64,000 bases of DNA, taken from Lachnospiraceae bacterium. Its GTDB lineage: Bacteria > Bacillota > Clostridia > Lachnospirales > Lachnospiraceae. A program made the position numbers and the translations under genes. The DNA is taken from the NCBI GenBank assembly GCA_022794265.1, contig JAAWEK010000010.1, positions 5,049-69,048 of the forward strand, in the 5' to 3' direction. This document shows positions 21,076-31,461 of the stretch, piece after piece. Below the pieces are notes generated by a model. That model was given only the letters and a program-made list of their open reading frames with translations, made no database searches and was not told the DNA's origin. Within the stretch, counting starts at the first letter, position 1; every line of letters starts with the position of its first letter.

Positions 21076-21852
21076 ATGGAATTTATTAATTATGAAGTGG
21101 AAGGAATGGTAGGAGTTATTACCATTAATCGTCCAAAGGCATTAAATGCATTAAACAGTCAGGTGTTAGAGGAACTGGATCAAACATTGGATGCTGTAGA
21201 TTTAGATAATGTAAGAGCTTTAATTCTTACAGGTGCAGGCGAAAAATCATTTGTTGCAGGTGCAGATATCGGTGAAATGAGTACACTTACAAAAGCGGAA
21301 GGCGAGGCGTTTGGTAAAAAGGGAAATGATGTCTTCAGAAAACTGGAAACATTCCCGATTCCTGTTATTGCTGCCGTAAATGGTTTTGCTCTTGGCGGTG
21401 GCTGCGAAATTTCCATGAGCTGTGATATCAGAATCTGTTCTGAAAACGCCGTGTTCGGACAGCCGGAAGTAGGTCTTGGTATTACACCTGGATTTGGCGG
21501 AACACAGAGACTTGCCAGAATTGTCGGTGTTGGAATGGCAAAACAGATGATTTATTCCGCAAGAAATATTAAAGCAGATGAGGCATACAGAATTGGACTT
21601 GTCAATGCCGTTTATCCGTTGGAAGAACTTATGCCGGCAGCACAGAAGCTGGCAGCATCCATTGCGAAGAATGCACCGATTGCGGTACGCAACTGTAAGA
21701 AGGCTATTAATGACGGATTACAGGTAAATATGGACGAGGCTATCGTAATTGAAGAAAAATTATTTGGAGATTGCTTTGAAAGCTATGACCAGAAGGAAGG
21801 AATGACTGCATTTCTGGAAAAGAGAAAGGTAGAAGCGTTCCTGAATAAATAA
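21076..21852 (+). CDS. crt: Short-chain enoyl-CoA hydratase (crotonase)
   Basis: ITINRPKALNAL, FVAGADI and AAVNGFALGGGCE. Confidence 0.93.
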   Translation: MEFINYEVEGMVGVITINRPKALNALNSQVLEELDQTLDAVDLDNVRALILTGAGEKSFVAGADIGEMSTLTKAEGEAFGKKGNDVFRKLETFPIPVIAAVNGFALGGGCEISMSCDIRICSENAVFGQPEVGLGITPGFGGTQRLARIVGVGMAKQMIYSARNIKADEAYRIGLVNAVYPLEELMPAAQKLAASIAKNAPIAVRNCKKAINDGLQVNMDEAIVIEEKLFGDCFESYDQKEGMTAFLEKRKVEAFLNK

Positions 21853-21930
21853 AAATTTACGAGTTGTGACCGCAAGGTTTGCAATCGTCTATTATAAAAA
21901 GAATAAGAAAGAGAATGTAGGAGGTTCAAC

Positions 21931-22770
21931 ATGAAAGTAGGTATTATTGGTGCAGGTACAATGGGTTCAGGTATTGCTCAGGCTTTTGCACAGACAGAAG
22001 GTTATGAGGTTTGCTTATGTGATATCAATGAAGAATTTGCAGCAAACGGAAAGAACAGAATTGCAAAGGGATTCGAAAAGAGAATTGCAAAGGGTAAAAT
22101 GGAGCAGGCTGCAGCGGATGCTATTTTAGCCAAGATTACCACAGGTGTTAAAACAATTTGTACCGATTGTGATCTGGTTGTGGAAGCAGCCCTTGAAAAT
22201 ATGGAAATCAAGAAACAGACATTTAAGGAATTACAGGAAATCTGTAAATCGGATTGTATCTTTGCAACAAATACTTCTTCATTATCCATTACAGAAATCG
22301 GACAGGGACTTGACCGCCCGGTTATCGGTATGCATTTCTTTAATCCGGCGCCAGTTATGAAGCTGGTTGAGGTTATTCAGGGAGAAAACACTCCGGATGA
22401 AATTAAGGATAAGATTGTGGCTATTTCAGAAGAAATCGGAAAGACTCCGGTAGAAGTAAAAGAAGCAGCCGGATTTGTTGTTAATAGAATCTTAATTCCG
22501 ATGATTAATGAAGCAATCGGTATTTATGCAGATGGAGTTGCTTCTGTAGAAGGTATTGATACCGCTATGCAGTTAGGTGCAAATCATCCGATGGGACCTT
22601 TGGCTTTAGGCGATCTGGTGGGGCTGGATATCGTTCTTGCCATTATGGAAGTATTACAGTCTGAGACAGGGGATACCAAGTATCGTCCGCATCCGCTTCT
22701 TAAGAAGATGGTTCGTGCAGGCAAGTTAGGCAGAAAGACAGGCGTAGGTTTCTACGATTATTCAAAATAA
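21931..22770 (+). CDS. hbd: 3-hydroxybutyryl-CoA dehydrogenase
   Basis: [39 protein letters not shown] and GFVVNRIL. Confidence 0.95.
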   Translation: MKVGIIGAGTMGSGIAQAFAQTEGYEVCLCDINEEFAANGKNRIAKGFEKRIAKGKMEQAAADAILAKITTGVKTICTDCDLVVEAALENMEIKKQTFKELQEICKSDCIFATNTSSLSITEIGQGLDRPVIGMHFFNPAPVMKLVEVIQGENTPDEIKDKIVAISEEIGKTPVEVKEAAGFVVNRILIPMINEAIGIYADGVASVEGIDTAMQLGANHPMGPLALGDLVGLDIVLAIMEVLQSETGDTKYRPHPLLKKMVRAGKLGRKTGVGFYDYSK

Positions 22771-22806
22771 CAGGAATACAAAATTTAGTTTAGGAGGAAC
22801 AAAATC

Positions 22807-23976
22807 GTGGATTTTTCTTTAAGTAAAAAACATGAAATGGCAAGAAATCTTTTTAAAGAATTTGCCGAGACAGAGGTAAAGCCATTTGCACAGGAAACTG
22901 ACGAAACAGAGCATTTTCCGACAGAAATAGTTGCTAAAATGCAGAAATATGGCTTTATGGGTATCCCAATTGAAAAACAGTATGGTGGACAGGGATGCGA
23001 CCCTTTAACATATACAATGTGTGTGGAAGAACTTTCAAAGGTTTGCGGTACAACAGGTGTTATCGTATCTGCACATACATCGCTCTGCGCTGATCCGATT
23101 CAGACCTATGGTACGGAAGAACAGAAGCAGAAATACTTAGTTCCACTTGCAAAAGGTGAAAAGTTAGGAGCTTTTGGTCTGACGGAGCCGGGAGCAGGTA
23201 CCGATGCACAGGGCGTTCAGACAAAAGCTGTATTAGATGGTGATGAATGGGTATTAAATGGCTCTAAGTGTTTTATTACCAATGGTAAAGAAGCAGATAT
23301 TTATATTATCATAGCTTATACCGATATTGTAGAAGACAAGAGAGGAAGAAAACAGAAGAAGTTTTCAGCATTCATTGTAGAAAAGGGAACACCTGGATTT
23401 ACATTTGGAACAAAGGAAAAGAAAATGGGTATTCGCGGTTCTGCAACATATGAATTAATTTTCCAGGATTGCAGAATTCCGGCAGAAAATTTATTAGGCG
23501 CAAGAGGAAAGGGATTCCCGATTGCAATGCATACACTGGACGGCGGACGTATCGGTATTGCTGCTCAGGCTCTTGGTATTGCAGAAGGTGCATTAGAGCG
23601 TACAATTGAATATACAAAGGAAAGAAAACAGTTTGGACGTTCCATTGCTGCACAGCAGAATACACAGTTCCAGCTTGCTGATATGGCAACAAAGGTAGAG
23701 GCTGCTAAAATGCTGGTATACAAAGCTGCCATGAAGAAGGCTCAGTATCAGGAAGACCATAAGACTTCCTATTCTGTAGAAGCTGCTATGGCAAAACTTT
23801 ATGCAGCAGAGGTTGCAATGGAGGTTACCACAAAAGCCGTTCAGTTACATGGCGGATACGGTTACATCAGAGAATATGATGTAGAGCGTATGATGCGTGA
23901 TGCAAAGATTACAGAGATTTATGAAGGAACAAGCGAAGTTCAGAGAATGGTTATCTCAGGAAGTCTCTTAAAATAA
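22807..23976 (+). CDS. bcd: Butyryl-CoA dehydrogenase (acyl-CoA dehydrogenase)
   Basis: GAFGLTEPGAGTDA, QLHGGYGY and IYEGTSEVQR. GTG start after AGGAGG. Confidence 0.93.
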   Translation: MDFSLSKKHEMARNLFKEFAETEVKPFAQETDETEHFPTEIVAKMQKYGFMGIPIEKQYGGQGCDPLTYTMCVEELSKVCGTTGVIVSAHTSLCADPIQTYGTEEQKQKYLVPLAKGEKLGAFGLTEPGAGTDAQGVQTKAVLDGDEWVLNGSKCFITNGKEADIYIIIAYTDIVEDKRGRKQKKFSAFIVEKGTPGFTFGTKEKKMGIRGSATYELIFQDCRIPAENLLGARGKGFPIAMHTLDGGRIGIAAQALGIAEGALERTIEYTKERKQFGRSIAAQQNTQFQLADMATKVEAAKMLVYKAAMKKAQYQEDHKTSYSVEAAMAKLYAAEVAMEVTTKAVQLHGGYGYIREYDVERMMRDAKITEIYEGTSEVQRMVISGSLLK

Positions 23977-24016
23977 AGCAAACAAAAATTTTGAAAAATT
24001 AAGGAGTGAAAATACC

Positions 24017-24799
24017 GTGAAAATCGTTGTATGTATTAAACAGGTTCCAGATACCAAGGGCGGAGTAAAGTTTAATCCGGATGGTACACTGGACAGGGCT
24101 GCAATGTTAACAATCATGAATCCTGATGATAAAGCCGGATTGGAAGCAGCACTTAGATTAAAAGAACAGTATGGCGCAGAAGTAACAGTTGTTACAATGG
24201 GACTTCCAAAAGCAGAAGAGGTACTTCGTGAAGCTATGGCCATGGGTGCAGATAAGGGTATCCTTGTAACAGACAGAGTATTAGGCGGAGCTGATACATG
24301 GGCAACATCTACTACAATTGCAGGCGCAATCAGAAATCTGGAATATGATTTAATTATTACCGGACGTCAGGCGATTGATGGAGATACCGCACAGGTTGGT
24401 CCTCAGATTTCAGAACATCTTGGTATTCCTGTTATTTCTTATGCACAGGATATTAAGATTGATGGAGATTATGTAATCGTAAATCGTCAGTTTGAAGACA
24501 GACATCATATGTTAAAAGTTAAGATGCCTTGTCTGATAACCGCTCTTTCAGAGTTGAATGTTCCTCGTTATATGACACCAGGCGGAATTTTTGATGCATA
24601 TGATGCGGAGATAACAGTTTGGGGAAGAAAAGACCTTAAGGATGTAGATGATTCTGATTTAGGTCTTGCCGGTTCACCTACAAAGATTGCAAAGGCATCT
24701 GATAAAGTAAGAAAAGGTGCAGGCGAAAAAGTTGCGCTTGAGACAGATGAAGCAGTTGACTACATTATGAACAAACTGTTAGAGAAACATGTAATATAA
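24017..24799 (+). CDS. etfB: Electron transfer flavoprotein subunit beta
   Basis: KIVVCIKQVPD and ...IITGRQAIDGDTAQVGP. Confidence 0.93.
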   Translation: MKIVVCIKQVPDTKGGVKFNPDGTLDRAAMLTIMNPDDKAGLEAALRLKEQYGAEVTVVTMGLPKAEEVLREAMAMGADKGILVTDRVLGGADTWATSTTIAGAIRNLEYDLIITGRQAIDGDTAQVGPQISEHLGIPVISYAQDIKIDGDYVIVNRQFEDRHHMLKVKMPCLITALSELNVPRYMTPGGIFDAYDAEITVWGRKDLKDVDDSDLGLAGSPTKIAKASDKVRKGAGEKVALETDEAVDYIMNKLLEKHVI

Positions 24800-24824
24800 T
24801 TTGGAAGGAAGAGTGGTGACAGGA

Positions 24825-25874
24825 ATGAATTTAGATGAATATAAAGGCGTATTTGTCTTTGCTCAGCAGGTTGACAACGAAATCAGCAGCATTGCATTAG
24901 AATTACTGGGCAAGGCAAAAGAGCTGGCAGGAAAATTAGATACACAGGTTACAGCAGTATTAGTTGGTTACGAAGTAAAGAATCTGGTTGATAAGTTAGC
25001 AGAATATGGTGCAGACAGAGTAATTGTTGTAGATGATTCGGAATTAAAGGATTACAGAACAGAGCCGTATGCCCATGCGCTTTCCTCTGTAATTAATGAG
25101 TATAAGCCGGATATCATGTTGGTAGGGGCTACGGCAATCGGAAGAGATCTGGCTCCCAGAGTATCTGCAAGAGTTAAGACTGGTCTGACTGCTGACTGTA
25201 CCGTACTGGAGATTGGCGATTTCCCTATCAATGCAGTTCCGGGAAAAGAAAATGAGCAGAAACATAATCAGTTATTAATGACGCGTCCTGCATTTGGAGG
25301 AAATACAATTGCCACAATTGCATGCCCGAATAACCGCCCACAGATGGCTACCGTTCGTGCAGGTGTTATGCAGAAGATTGAGCCGGTTTCCGGTGCCAAG
25401 GCAGAAGTTATTGAATACAATCCGGGATTTGTTCCGAATGATAAATATGTTGAAATCATGGAAATCGTGAAAGAAGTTAGTGATGTGGTTGATATCATGG
25501 ATGCCAAGATTCTTGTATCAGGCGGAAGAGGTGTAGGAAGTGCTGAAAACTTCAAGTTACTTGAGGATTTAGCAGATGCCCTTGGCGGTACCGTAAGCTG
25601 TTCCCGTGCCGTTGTAGATAATGGATGGAAGCCAAAGGAATTGCAGGTTGGACAGACCGGTAAGACTGTTCGTCCGCAGGTATATTTTGCAATTGGTATT
25701 TCAGGTGCGATTCAGCATACTGCAGGTATGGAAGAAGCAGATATCATTATCGCAATCAATAAGGATGAGACAGCACCAATCTTTGATGTAGCTGATTATG
25801 GTATTGTTGGTGATTTAAATAAGATTGTTCCGATATTGACAGAGAAGATTAAGGCTGCAACAGCAGAAGCTTAA
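24825..25874 (+). CDS. etfA: Electron transfer flavoprotein subunit alpha
   Basis: YFAIGISGAIQHTAGM and ...IIAINKDETAPIF. The start is set at ATG 24825; the ORF-track TTG 24801 is less likely. Confidence 0.9.
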   Translation: MNLDEYKGVFVFAQQVDNEISSIALELLGKAKELAGKLDTQVTAVLVGYEVKNLVDKLAEYGADRVIVVDDSELKDYRTEPYAHALSSVINEYKPDIMLVGATAIGRDLAPRVSARVKTGLTADCTVLEIGDFPINAVPGKENEQKHNQLLMTRPAFGGNTIATIACPNNRPQMATVRAGVMQKIEPVSGAKAEVIEYNPGFVPNDKYVEIMEIVKEVSDVVDIMDAKILVSGGRGVGSAENFKLLEDLADALGGTVSCSRAVVDNGWKPKELQVGQTGKTVRPQVYFAIGISGAIQHTAGMEEADIIIAINKDETAPIFDVADYGIVGDLNKIVPILTEKIKAATAEA

Positions 25875-25905
25875 TCGGATGTTATATCAGAAGTAACATA
25901 TTATG

Positions 25906-25968
25906 AACCGCTGGTTCCCAGGAATGGATTCCGTTAGTGGAAGCATTCCATGGAACTGGCGGTTTTAT
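25906..25968 (+). terminator. Structured terminator after etfA
   Basis: The outer stem AACCGCTGGTTCC/GGAACTGGCGGTT (with G-U pairs) encloses GGAATG/CATTCC sub-hairpins and is followed by TTTT. Confidence 0.65.
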
Positions 25969-26037
25969 ACTATAATCTGCCAGATGGTCAGGAGTTTTGC
26001 AGTTATTTGGTTAAATTTAGAATGTAAGGAGCTGCTT

Positions 26038-27213
26038 ATGATTCAGGATGACAGAAAAAATCATTTATTTATTCAGGATTTACGTGTTTTATTTAAAGAA
26101 ATATCTTTGTTTTGGAAATCCGTGATGGTCATAATATTTGCGATTACGCTGGTATTGGGTTTTGCCGTTGGTTCTGTTAAATTTGCAGACTGGTACCGGA
26201 AAGAAATTTTTCAGTGGATTCAATATATAATGGCACATATATCTGCCCTTGTTCCGATATCGGTTGGGGAAATTATGATATATATCGGGATAACTATGAT
26301 AGTATTATTGGTAGTGGCAATAGTTGTCGGCTGTTTTTCGAATCCTGTATGTAAACGGATTCGAAAATATTATATCCGCATTGTAGTCTGTGTGTTGTTA
26401 TATGTATATGCTTCAGAAACTTTTAATTGTTTTATTCTCTATCGGGGAGAGACTTTAGAGAAGCAGTTTATCCGTCTGGATGCAGAGTATGAAATGATAA
26501 CACTGGAGTCTCTAAAAAATCTGCATCAGAAAACTGTGAAAAAACTGAATCAATTATCTGGGGAATTTAAGAGGGACAGCGACGGTTCTATCCTTATGAT
26601 GAAATCCGGAAATGAAGAATATCAGAAGGAATGTAAAGAAGCACTTCGTAATCTTTCTGATGAATTTCCGTTGCTGAAGGGTTATTATCCAGATGTCAAA
26701 ATGATTCAGTCCTCCAGTTTTATGACACAGCAATACCTGTTAGGGATTTATTTTCCGTTTTCCATGGAGGCGAATTACAATGAGAAGGCATATATTACAA
26801 ATCTGCCGGCAACATTTTGTCATGAACTTTCTCATATGAAAGGGTACATATTAGAAGATGAAGCTAATTTTTTAGCATATCTTGCCTGTATCCGTTCAGA
26901 AAATACATTTATGCAGTACAGCGGCTATTTAAGTGTCATAAGGTATATTGAACGGGATCTGCTTCCATATTTGTCGGAGGAAGAAAAGGTGGAAATGGTA
27001 TGGGAGAATAAAAAAGTGCTTATGGATGATATTTTTGTAAAAAGGGAAGTATTTGAGGAAATAGAAAAGAATGCTTTATTTTCTACGGATTTTATTTCAG
27101 AAGCCACCGATATCTTTCTGGATACAAACTTAAAACTTAATGGCATCAGTGAAGGTGTTGTTAGCTATTCTCAGGTGGTAAAGCTGATATTGTTATATGA
27201 GCAGTTGGATTAA
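26038..27213 (+). CDS. DUF3810-like membrane protein with an HExxH zinc-peptidase motif
   Basis: CHELSHMKGYILEDEANFLAY and TM helices near the N-terminus. ATG 26038 follows AAGGAG. The longer ORF-track start would run through the etfA terminator. Confidence 0.75.
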   Translation: MIQDDRKNHLFIQDLRVLFKEISLFWKSVMVIIFAITLVLGFAVGSVKFADWYRKEIFQWIQYIMAHISALVPISVGEIMIYIGITMIVLLVVAIVVGCFSNPVCKRIRKYYIRIVVCVLLYVYASETFNCFILYRGETLEKQFIRLDAEYEMITLESLKNLHQKTVKKLNQLSGEFKRDSDGSILMMKSGNEEYQKECKEALRNLSDEFPLLKGYYPDVKMIQSSSFMTQQYLLGIYFPFSMEANYNEKAYITNLPATFCHELSHMKGYILEDEANFLAYLACIRSENTFMQYSGYLSVIRYIERDLLPYLSEEEKVEMVWENKKVLMDDIFVKREVFEEIEKNALFSTDFISEATDIFLDTNLKLNGISEGVVSYSQVVKLILLYEQLD

Positions 27214-27328
27214 ATTATATTTATGGCAGCTATTAAGATTGGTTTCCGTATATTATGGTACCGCATATAATGTAATAATACTATATGGATTGTAGTCAGG
27301 TGTAAGCCTGAAACGTTGGGAGTTAATT

Positions 27329-27535
27329 GTGAATCGAGTTCGTAATTTGTTAAATATAGACAGACTGCATGAACAGGGAATTACAGGAAAAGGTGTGGGT
27401 ATTGCCATTCTGGATACCGGAGTTTATACCCATACGGATTTGGCTGATAATATAGTTTGTTTTCAGGATATGATAAATGACAGGGTGGCATTGTATGATG
27501 ATAATGGGCATGGTACCCATGTGAATGTACGGTAG
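27329..27535 (+). pseudogene. 5' fragment of a subtilisin-like S8 serine peptidase gene, interrupted by the prophage
   Basis: It contains the catalytic Asp motif (GIAILDTGV) and the His motif (DNGHGTHV). The reading then diverges to NVR-stop instead of the usual HGTHVAG, and no catalytic Ser region follows. Confidence 0.8.
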
Positions 27536-27596
27536 CACGAACACCGATAAAGCAGGTAAATACACAGTTTGAGAACATTCCCGGAGGTGTCTATAT

Positions 27597-27740
27597 TTGA
27601 AAAAGAAAAAAGGATATATTACCAGAGTATGTGAAATATGCGGAAATGAAATATATAAATATGGACAAGTTATATGTCCGTATTGTAATCACACCAATAA
27701 GAAGACAACAAGAAAGGAAGCGGTAAAAACTTCGTTGTAA
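27597..27740 (+). CDS. Small zinc-ribbon protein (47 aa)
   Basis: TTG start 8 nt after GGAGG. Two CxxC pairs (CEICG...CPYC). A strong terminator follows. Confidence 0.4.
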   Translation: MKKKKGYITRVCEICGNEIYKYGQVICPYCNHTNKKTTRKEAVKTSL

Positions 27741-27779
27741 AGCAAAATTAAATATGTTAAAATTATGATAGTGCCAAGA

Positions 27780-27823
27780 GCCATTAGGAATTAGATTGAT
27801 TCCTAATGGCTTATTTTATTTTA
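27780..27823 (+). terminator. Rho-independent terminator
   Basis: GCCATTAGGAAT-tagattg-ATTCCTAATGGC followed by TTATTTTATTTT. Confidence 0.85.
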
Positions 27824-27841
27824 AAGGTGGTGATAGTTGAA

Positions 27842-28687
27842 TTGGAAGATTATAAAAAAGCAGAAAAAGACTATATTGCCGGAATGAAATATAAAGAGAT
27901 AGCAGAAAAATATAATGTGTCAGTGAATACCGTTAAAAGCTGGAAGCAGCGATACGGATGGAATCGAAAAAGTACGCATACAAAAACAGAAAAAAGTATG
28001 CACACAAAACAGAAAAAAGTATGCATACAAAATCAAGAGGAAGAGATAAAAGTAAATTGCGAAGCAGATGGCAGCAGGGAAAGCCCGCAAAATGAAGAAT
28101 TAACAGCAGAACAGCAGATGTTTTGTATTTACTATGCAAGAACATTTAACGCAACACAAAGCTACATAAATGTATATCATTGTAAATATGAATCGGCAGC
28201 AGTGCAAGCGAACAAGCTATTAAAAAATAATAAGATAAAAGAAGAAATTGAACGGTTAAAGGAAGTCAAGCGCCAGCAGATTGCTTGTGAAGTTGAAGAT
28301 ATTATTGAGCTTAATATGCGGATAGCTTTTTCAGATATGGGAAATTACATAACATTTGGTGATGATGTAATTAAATTAAACAAATCAGATGCTGTAGATA
28401 CCCAGTTGATTCAGGAGGTAAAAGAAGGAAAACACGGGATAACAATTAAGCTGGCGGATAAAGGCAAAGCCATGGAACTTTTGGAACGCTATTTTATGAT
28501 GAATCCTATGGACAAACATAAGATAGAATATGACCGGAGAAAGGCAGAAATTGATTTATTAAAAATTAAGAATGAAGCAAAAGAACCGGAGAATCGTGGA
28601 GTAGAAGAGAATAACAATTTTAAAAACGCACTAAGCGATATTGTGGAGGACACCTGGAATGAAGAAAAAAACACAGAAACAGAATAG
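27842..28687 (+). CDS. terS: Terminase small subunit
   Basis: N-terminal HTH: [31 protein letters not shown]. It sits before terL. The TTG 27842 start after AAAGGTGGTG is preferred, because the ORF-track ATG lies inside the upstream terminator stem. Confidence 0.8.
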   Translation: MEDYKKAEKDYIAGMKYKEIAEKYNVSVNTVKSWKQRYGWNRKSTHTKTEKSMHTKQKKVCIQNQEEEIKVNCEADGSRESPQNEELTAEQQMFCIYYARTFNATQSYINVYHCKYESAAVQANKLLKNNKIKEEIERLKEVKRQQIACEVEDIIELNMRIAFSDMGNYITFGDDVIKLNKSDAVDTQLIQEVKEGKHGITIKLADKGKAMELLERYFMMNPMDKHKIEYDRRKAEIDLLKIKNEAKEPENRGVEENNNFKNALSDIVEDTWNEEKNTETE

Positions 28688-30041
28688 TATAATAAGCATG
28701 GTACATTTAGAGGACTGGACAGAGACAGACAATAAAATACAAAGATTAAAACAGATAATTAAAGAGCGGAAATCGGCAGATCATACAAGGTTAAACCGGA
28801 CACCTTTTTATTTTAAGCCTTTTAGCCGGAAGCAAAAGAAAGTTCTGACCTGGTGGTGCGACAAATCAACAGTGAAGGATAAAAAAGGAATTATAGCCGA
28901 CGGAGCCATCCGATCCGGAAAAACATTAAGTATGTCATTATCATTCGTTCTATGGGCGATGGATAAATTTAATGGTCAGAATTTTGGTATGTGTGGCAAA
29001 ACAACCGGTTCTTTCCGGAGAAATGTGTTAGGCACATTAAAACAAATGCTCTGGTCAAATGGATATGAAATCAAGGACCACAGAACAGATAATCTGCTGG
29101 TGGTATCCAAAGGAAGTAAAACAAATTATTTTTACATATTTGGAGGAAAAGACGAAAGCTCCCAGGATTTAATACAGGGAATTACCCTGGCCGGCTGCTT
29201 CTTTGATGAAGTAGCGCTTATGCCGGAATCCTTCGTGAATCAGGCGACGGCAAGATGTAGTGTGACAGGTTCTAAATATTGGTTTAACTGCAATCCGGAT
29301 AGTCCAAGGCATTGGTTTAAAGAAAAATGGATTGATAAGGCAGAGAAAAAGAACATGCTGTATCTTCATTTTACCATGGATGATAATCTTAGCTTATCAG
29401 AAGAAATAAAAGCAGATTATGAAACAAGGTATGAAGGTGTTTTTTATAATAGATACATTAAAGGATTGTGGTGTATTGCAGATGGGCTGGTATACTCTAT
29501 GTTCAGCGAAAAGAAACATACAATAAAGGGAGAATGCCCACAATACAAGAGCCATATTGTTAGCATCGATTATGGTACCGTTAATCCGTTCTCAGCTGGA
29601 TTGTGGACTTTTAATGGAGTAGAAGCAGTCCGGACAAAAGAAATATATTACGACAGTCGAAAAGAAGGGAACATAAGAAAAGATGATGAGGAATACTACA
29701 AAATGCTAAAGGAATTAGTTAGAGGCAAAAACATTGAATGTATAATTATAGACCCTTCGGCCGCTTCCTTTATTGAGACAATCAAAAAACATGGGGAATA
29801 TCGGGTAAAAGGCGCCAACAATGATGTTTTGGATGGAATTCGGGTAACTACTACATTTTTAAATACAGGAAGGATAAAGATACATGAGAGCTGCAAGGAT
29901 AGTATAGAAGAATTTGGATTATATTCCTGGGATGAGGAAAGTGGAGAGGATAAGGTAATCAAAGAGAATGATCATGCAATGGACGATATCAGATATTTCT
30001 GTAATACATATTTAAGGCCAAGATTTAAATGGATAATATAG
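28659..30041 (+). CDS. terL: Terminase large subunit (PBSX/Terminase_3-like)
   Basis: Walker [10 protein letters not shown], Walker B-like CFFDE and a C-terminal nuclease region. ATG lies 8 nt after GGAGGA. Confidence 0.88.
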   Translation: MKKKTQKQNSIISMVHLEDWTETDNKIQRLKQIIKERKSADHTRLNRTPFYFKPFSRKQKKVLTWWCDKSTVKDKKGIIADGAIRSGKTLSMSLSFVLWAMDKFNGQNFGMCGKTTGSFRRNVLGTLKQMLWSNGYEIKDHRTDNLLVVSKGSKTNYFYIFGGKDESSQDLIQGITLAGCFFDEVALMPESFVNQATARCSVTGSKYWFNCNPDSPRHWFKEKWIDKAEKKNMLYLHFTMDDNLSLSEEIKADYETRYEGVFYNRYIKGLWCIADGLVYSMFSEKKHTIKGECPQYKSHIVSIDYGTVNPFSAGLWTFNGVEAVRTKEIYYDSRKEGNIRKDDEEYYKMLKELVRGKNIECIIIDPSAASFIETIKKHGEYRVKGANNDVLDGIRVTTTFLNTGRIKIHESCKDSIEEFGLYSWDEESGEDKVIKENDHAMDDIRYFCNTYLRPRFKWII

Positions 30042-30054
30042 GAGGCAATAACAT

Positions 30055-31461
30055 ATGAAACTATTAAACTGGATAAAAGGAGTGATAAACAAGATGTTCA
30101 AGAATGATGTTAAAAGAATATTCAGTACAGATGTATTGATATCTTCAACAATGGCTGAAGCAATTAAATCCTGGAATGACATAGTAGGCGGTCAGCCGGA
30201 GTGGATAGATAAAGAAGATAATATTGATACTATCAATTTTGCAAAATTCATAACATCAGACACAGCAAAAAAGGTTTGTCTGGATATAGATATTCATGTA
30301 GACGGTTCCAGTCGGGCGAATTACTTACAGTCAGCAATTGACAGCTTTAAAAAAGTTTTAAGAGATAAAGTAGAGGATGCCTGTGCAGTAGGCGGAATTA
30401 TGTTTAAGCCGAATGGTTCTGGCAATATTAAAAACTGCATTAATTATGTGGCAAACAACGATTATATAATAACAGAAAAAACTGCCAATGGAGATATTAC
30501 CGGTGCTATATTCTGTGATTATATAAAACGTGGAACCGGAATTTATACACGCTTGGAATATCATCGGTTTGAGAATAAGTTATACATAATAACAAACAAG
30601 GCTTATTATAGTACGAACGACAAGGAACTGGGAAAGGAGATAAAGCTGGATGAAGTACCGGAATGGAACAACATTTCTCCGGAAGCAGCCATTGAAAATA
30701 TAACGGCTCCACTATTTTCATACTTTAAAATGCCATTCAATAATACAATTGATTATAACTCCCCATTGGGTGTATCGGTTTTTTCTAACGCAATAAAAGA
30801 GCTGCAGGATTTAGATATTGCCTGGAGCAGAAAAAGCGGAGAGGTTGAAGACAGTAAACACATGACTTTTCTTGACAGCAATTCACTGGAATATTCCAAA
30901 ACGCATAATATTAAGTTGCCAAGATTTGTAAAAGGAATTGATATGGGTGTCACTAATGAGAATAGTATCCATGAGCATGTTGCAACGCTGCTGACAGAAC
31001 AGCGAATTAATGATATTAATTCCATTCTGTCCATGATATCTACAAAATGTGGATTTTCCCAGGGACAGTTCATTTTAGACAGGAAGACTGGACATATTAC
31101 AGCCACACAGGTTGAGGCAGATGATAGAGAAACCATTGAGACAATAAAAGATATCAGGGATGCATTAAAAGATTCCATTGACCATTTAATTTATGCTTTA
31201 GATGTATATGCAACCCTGTATCATTTGGCGCCAGCCGGCAGTTATGAGACAAGTTACGGATTTGGGGATTTAACGTATAATTTTGAAGAGGACCGGGCCA
31301 GACATTGGAATTATGTTATACAGGGGAAATATCCCTTATGGAGATATTACAATAAATTTGAAGGAATGAGTGAAAGCGAGGCAAAAGCTATCGTGAAAGA
31401 GGCAAAAGAGGAGAATGCTCCGGAAGAAAAACCGGGAATCTTTAATGGAGGAAACCAGTAA
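30055..31461 (+). CDS. Portal protein
   Basis: 468 aa. The call rests on its position immediately after terL, its size and its acidic C-terminus. Confidence 0.75.
   Translation: MKLLNWIKGVINKMFKNDVKRIFSTDVLISSTMAEAIKSWNDIVGGQPEWIDKEDNIDTINFAKFITSDTAKKVCLDIDIHVDGSSRANYLQSAIDSFKKVLRDKVEDACAVGGIMFKPNGSGNIKNCINYVANNDYIITEKTANGDITGAIFCDYIKRGTGIYTRLEYHRFENKLYIITNKAYYSTNDKELGKEIKLDEVPEWNNISPEAAIENITAPLFSYFKMPFNNTIDYNSPLGVSVFSNAIKELQDLDIAWSRKSGEVEDSKHMTFLDSNSLEYSKTHNIKLPRFVKGIDMGVTNENSIHEHVATLLTEQRINDINSILSMISTKCGFSQGQFILDRKTGHITATQVEADDRETIETIKDIRDALKDSIDHLIYALDVYATLYHLAPAGSYETSYGFGDLTYNFEEDRARHWNYVIQGKYPLWRYYNKFEGMSESEAKAIVKEAKEENAPEEKPGIFNGGNQ

Noticed and set aside
19813-25874. The thl-crt-hbd-bcd-etfBA cluster as something novel
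   Set aside because: This is the standard butyryl-CoA synthesis pathway of butyrate-producing Clostridia. All six products carry canonical motifs, so it is ordinary core metabolism.
25903-26037. Longer N-terminal extension of the DUF3810 gene (ORF-track start 25903)
   Set aside because: The extension would be translated through the etfA terminator hairpin. ATG 26038 has an AAGGAG RBS and starts right before the TM region.
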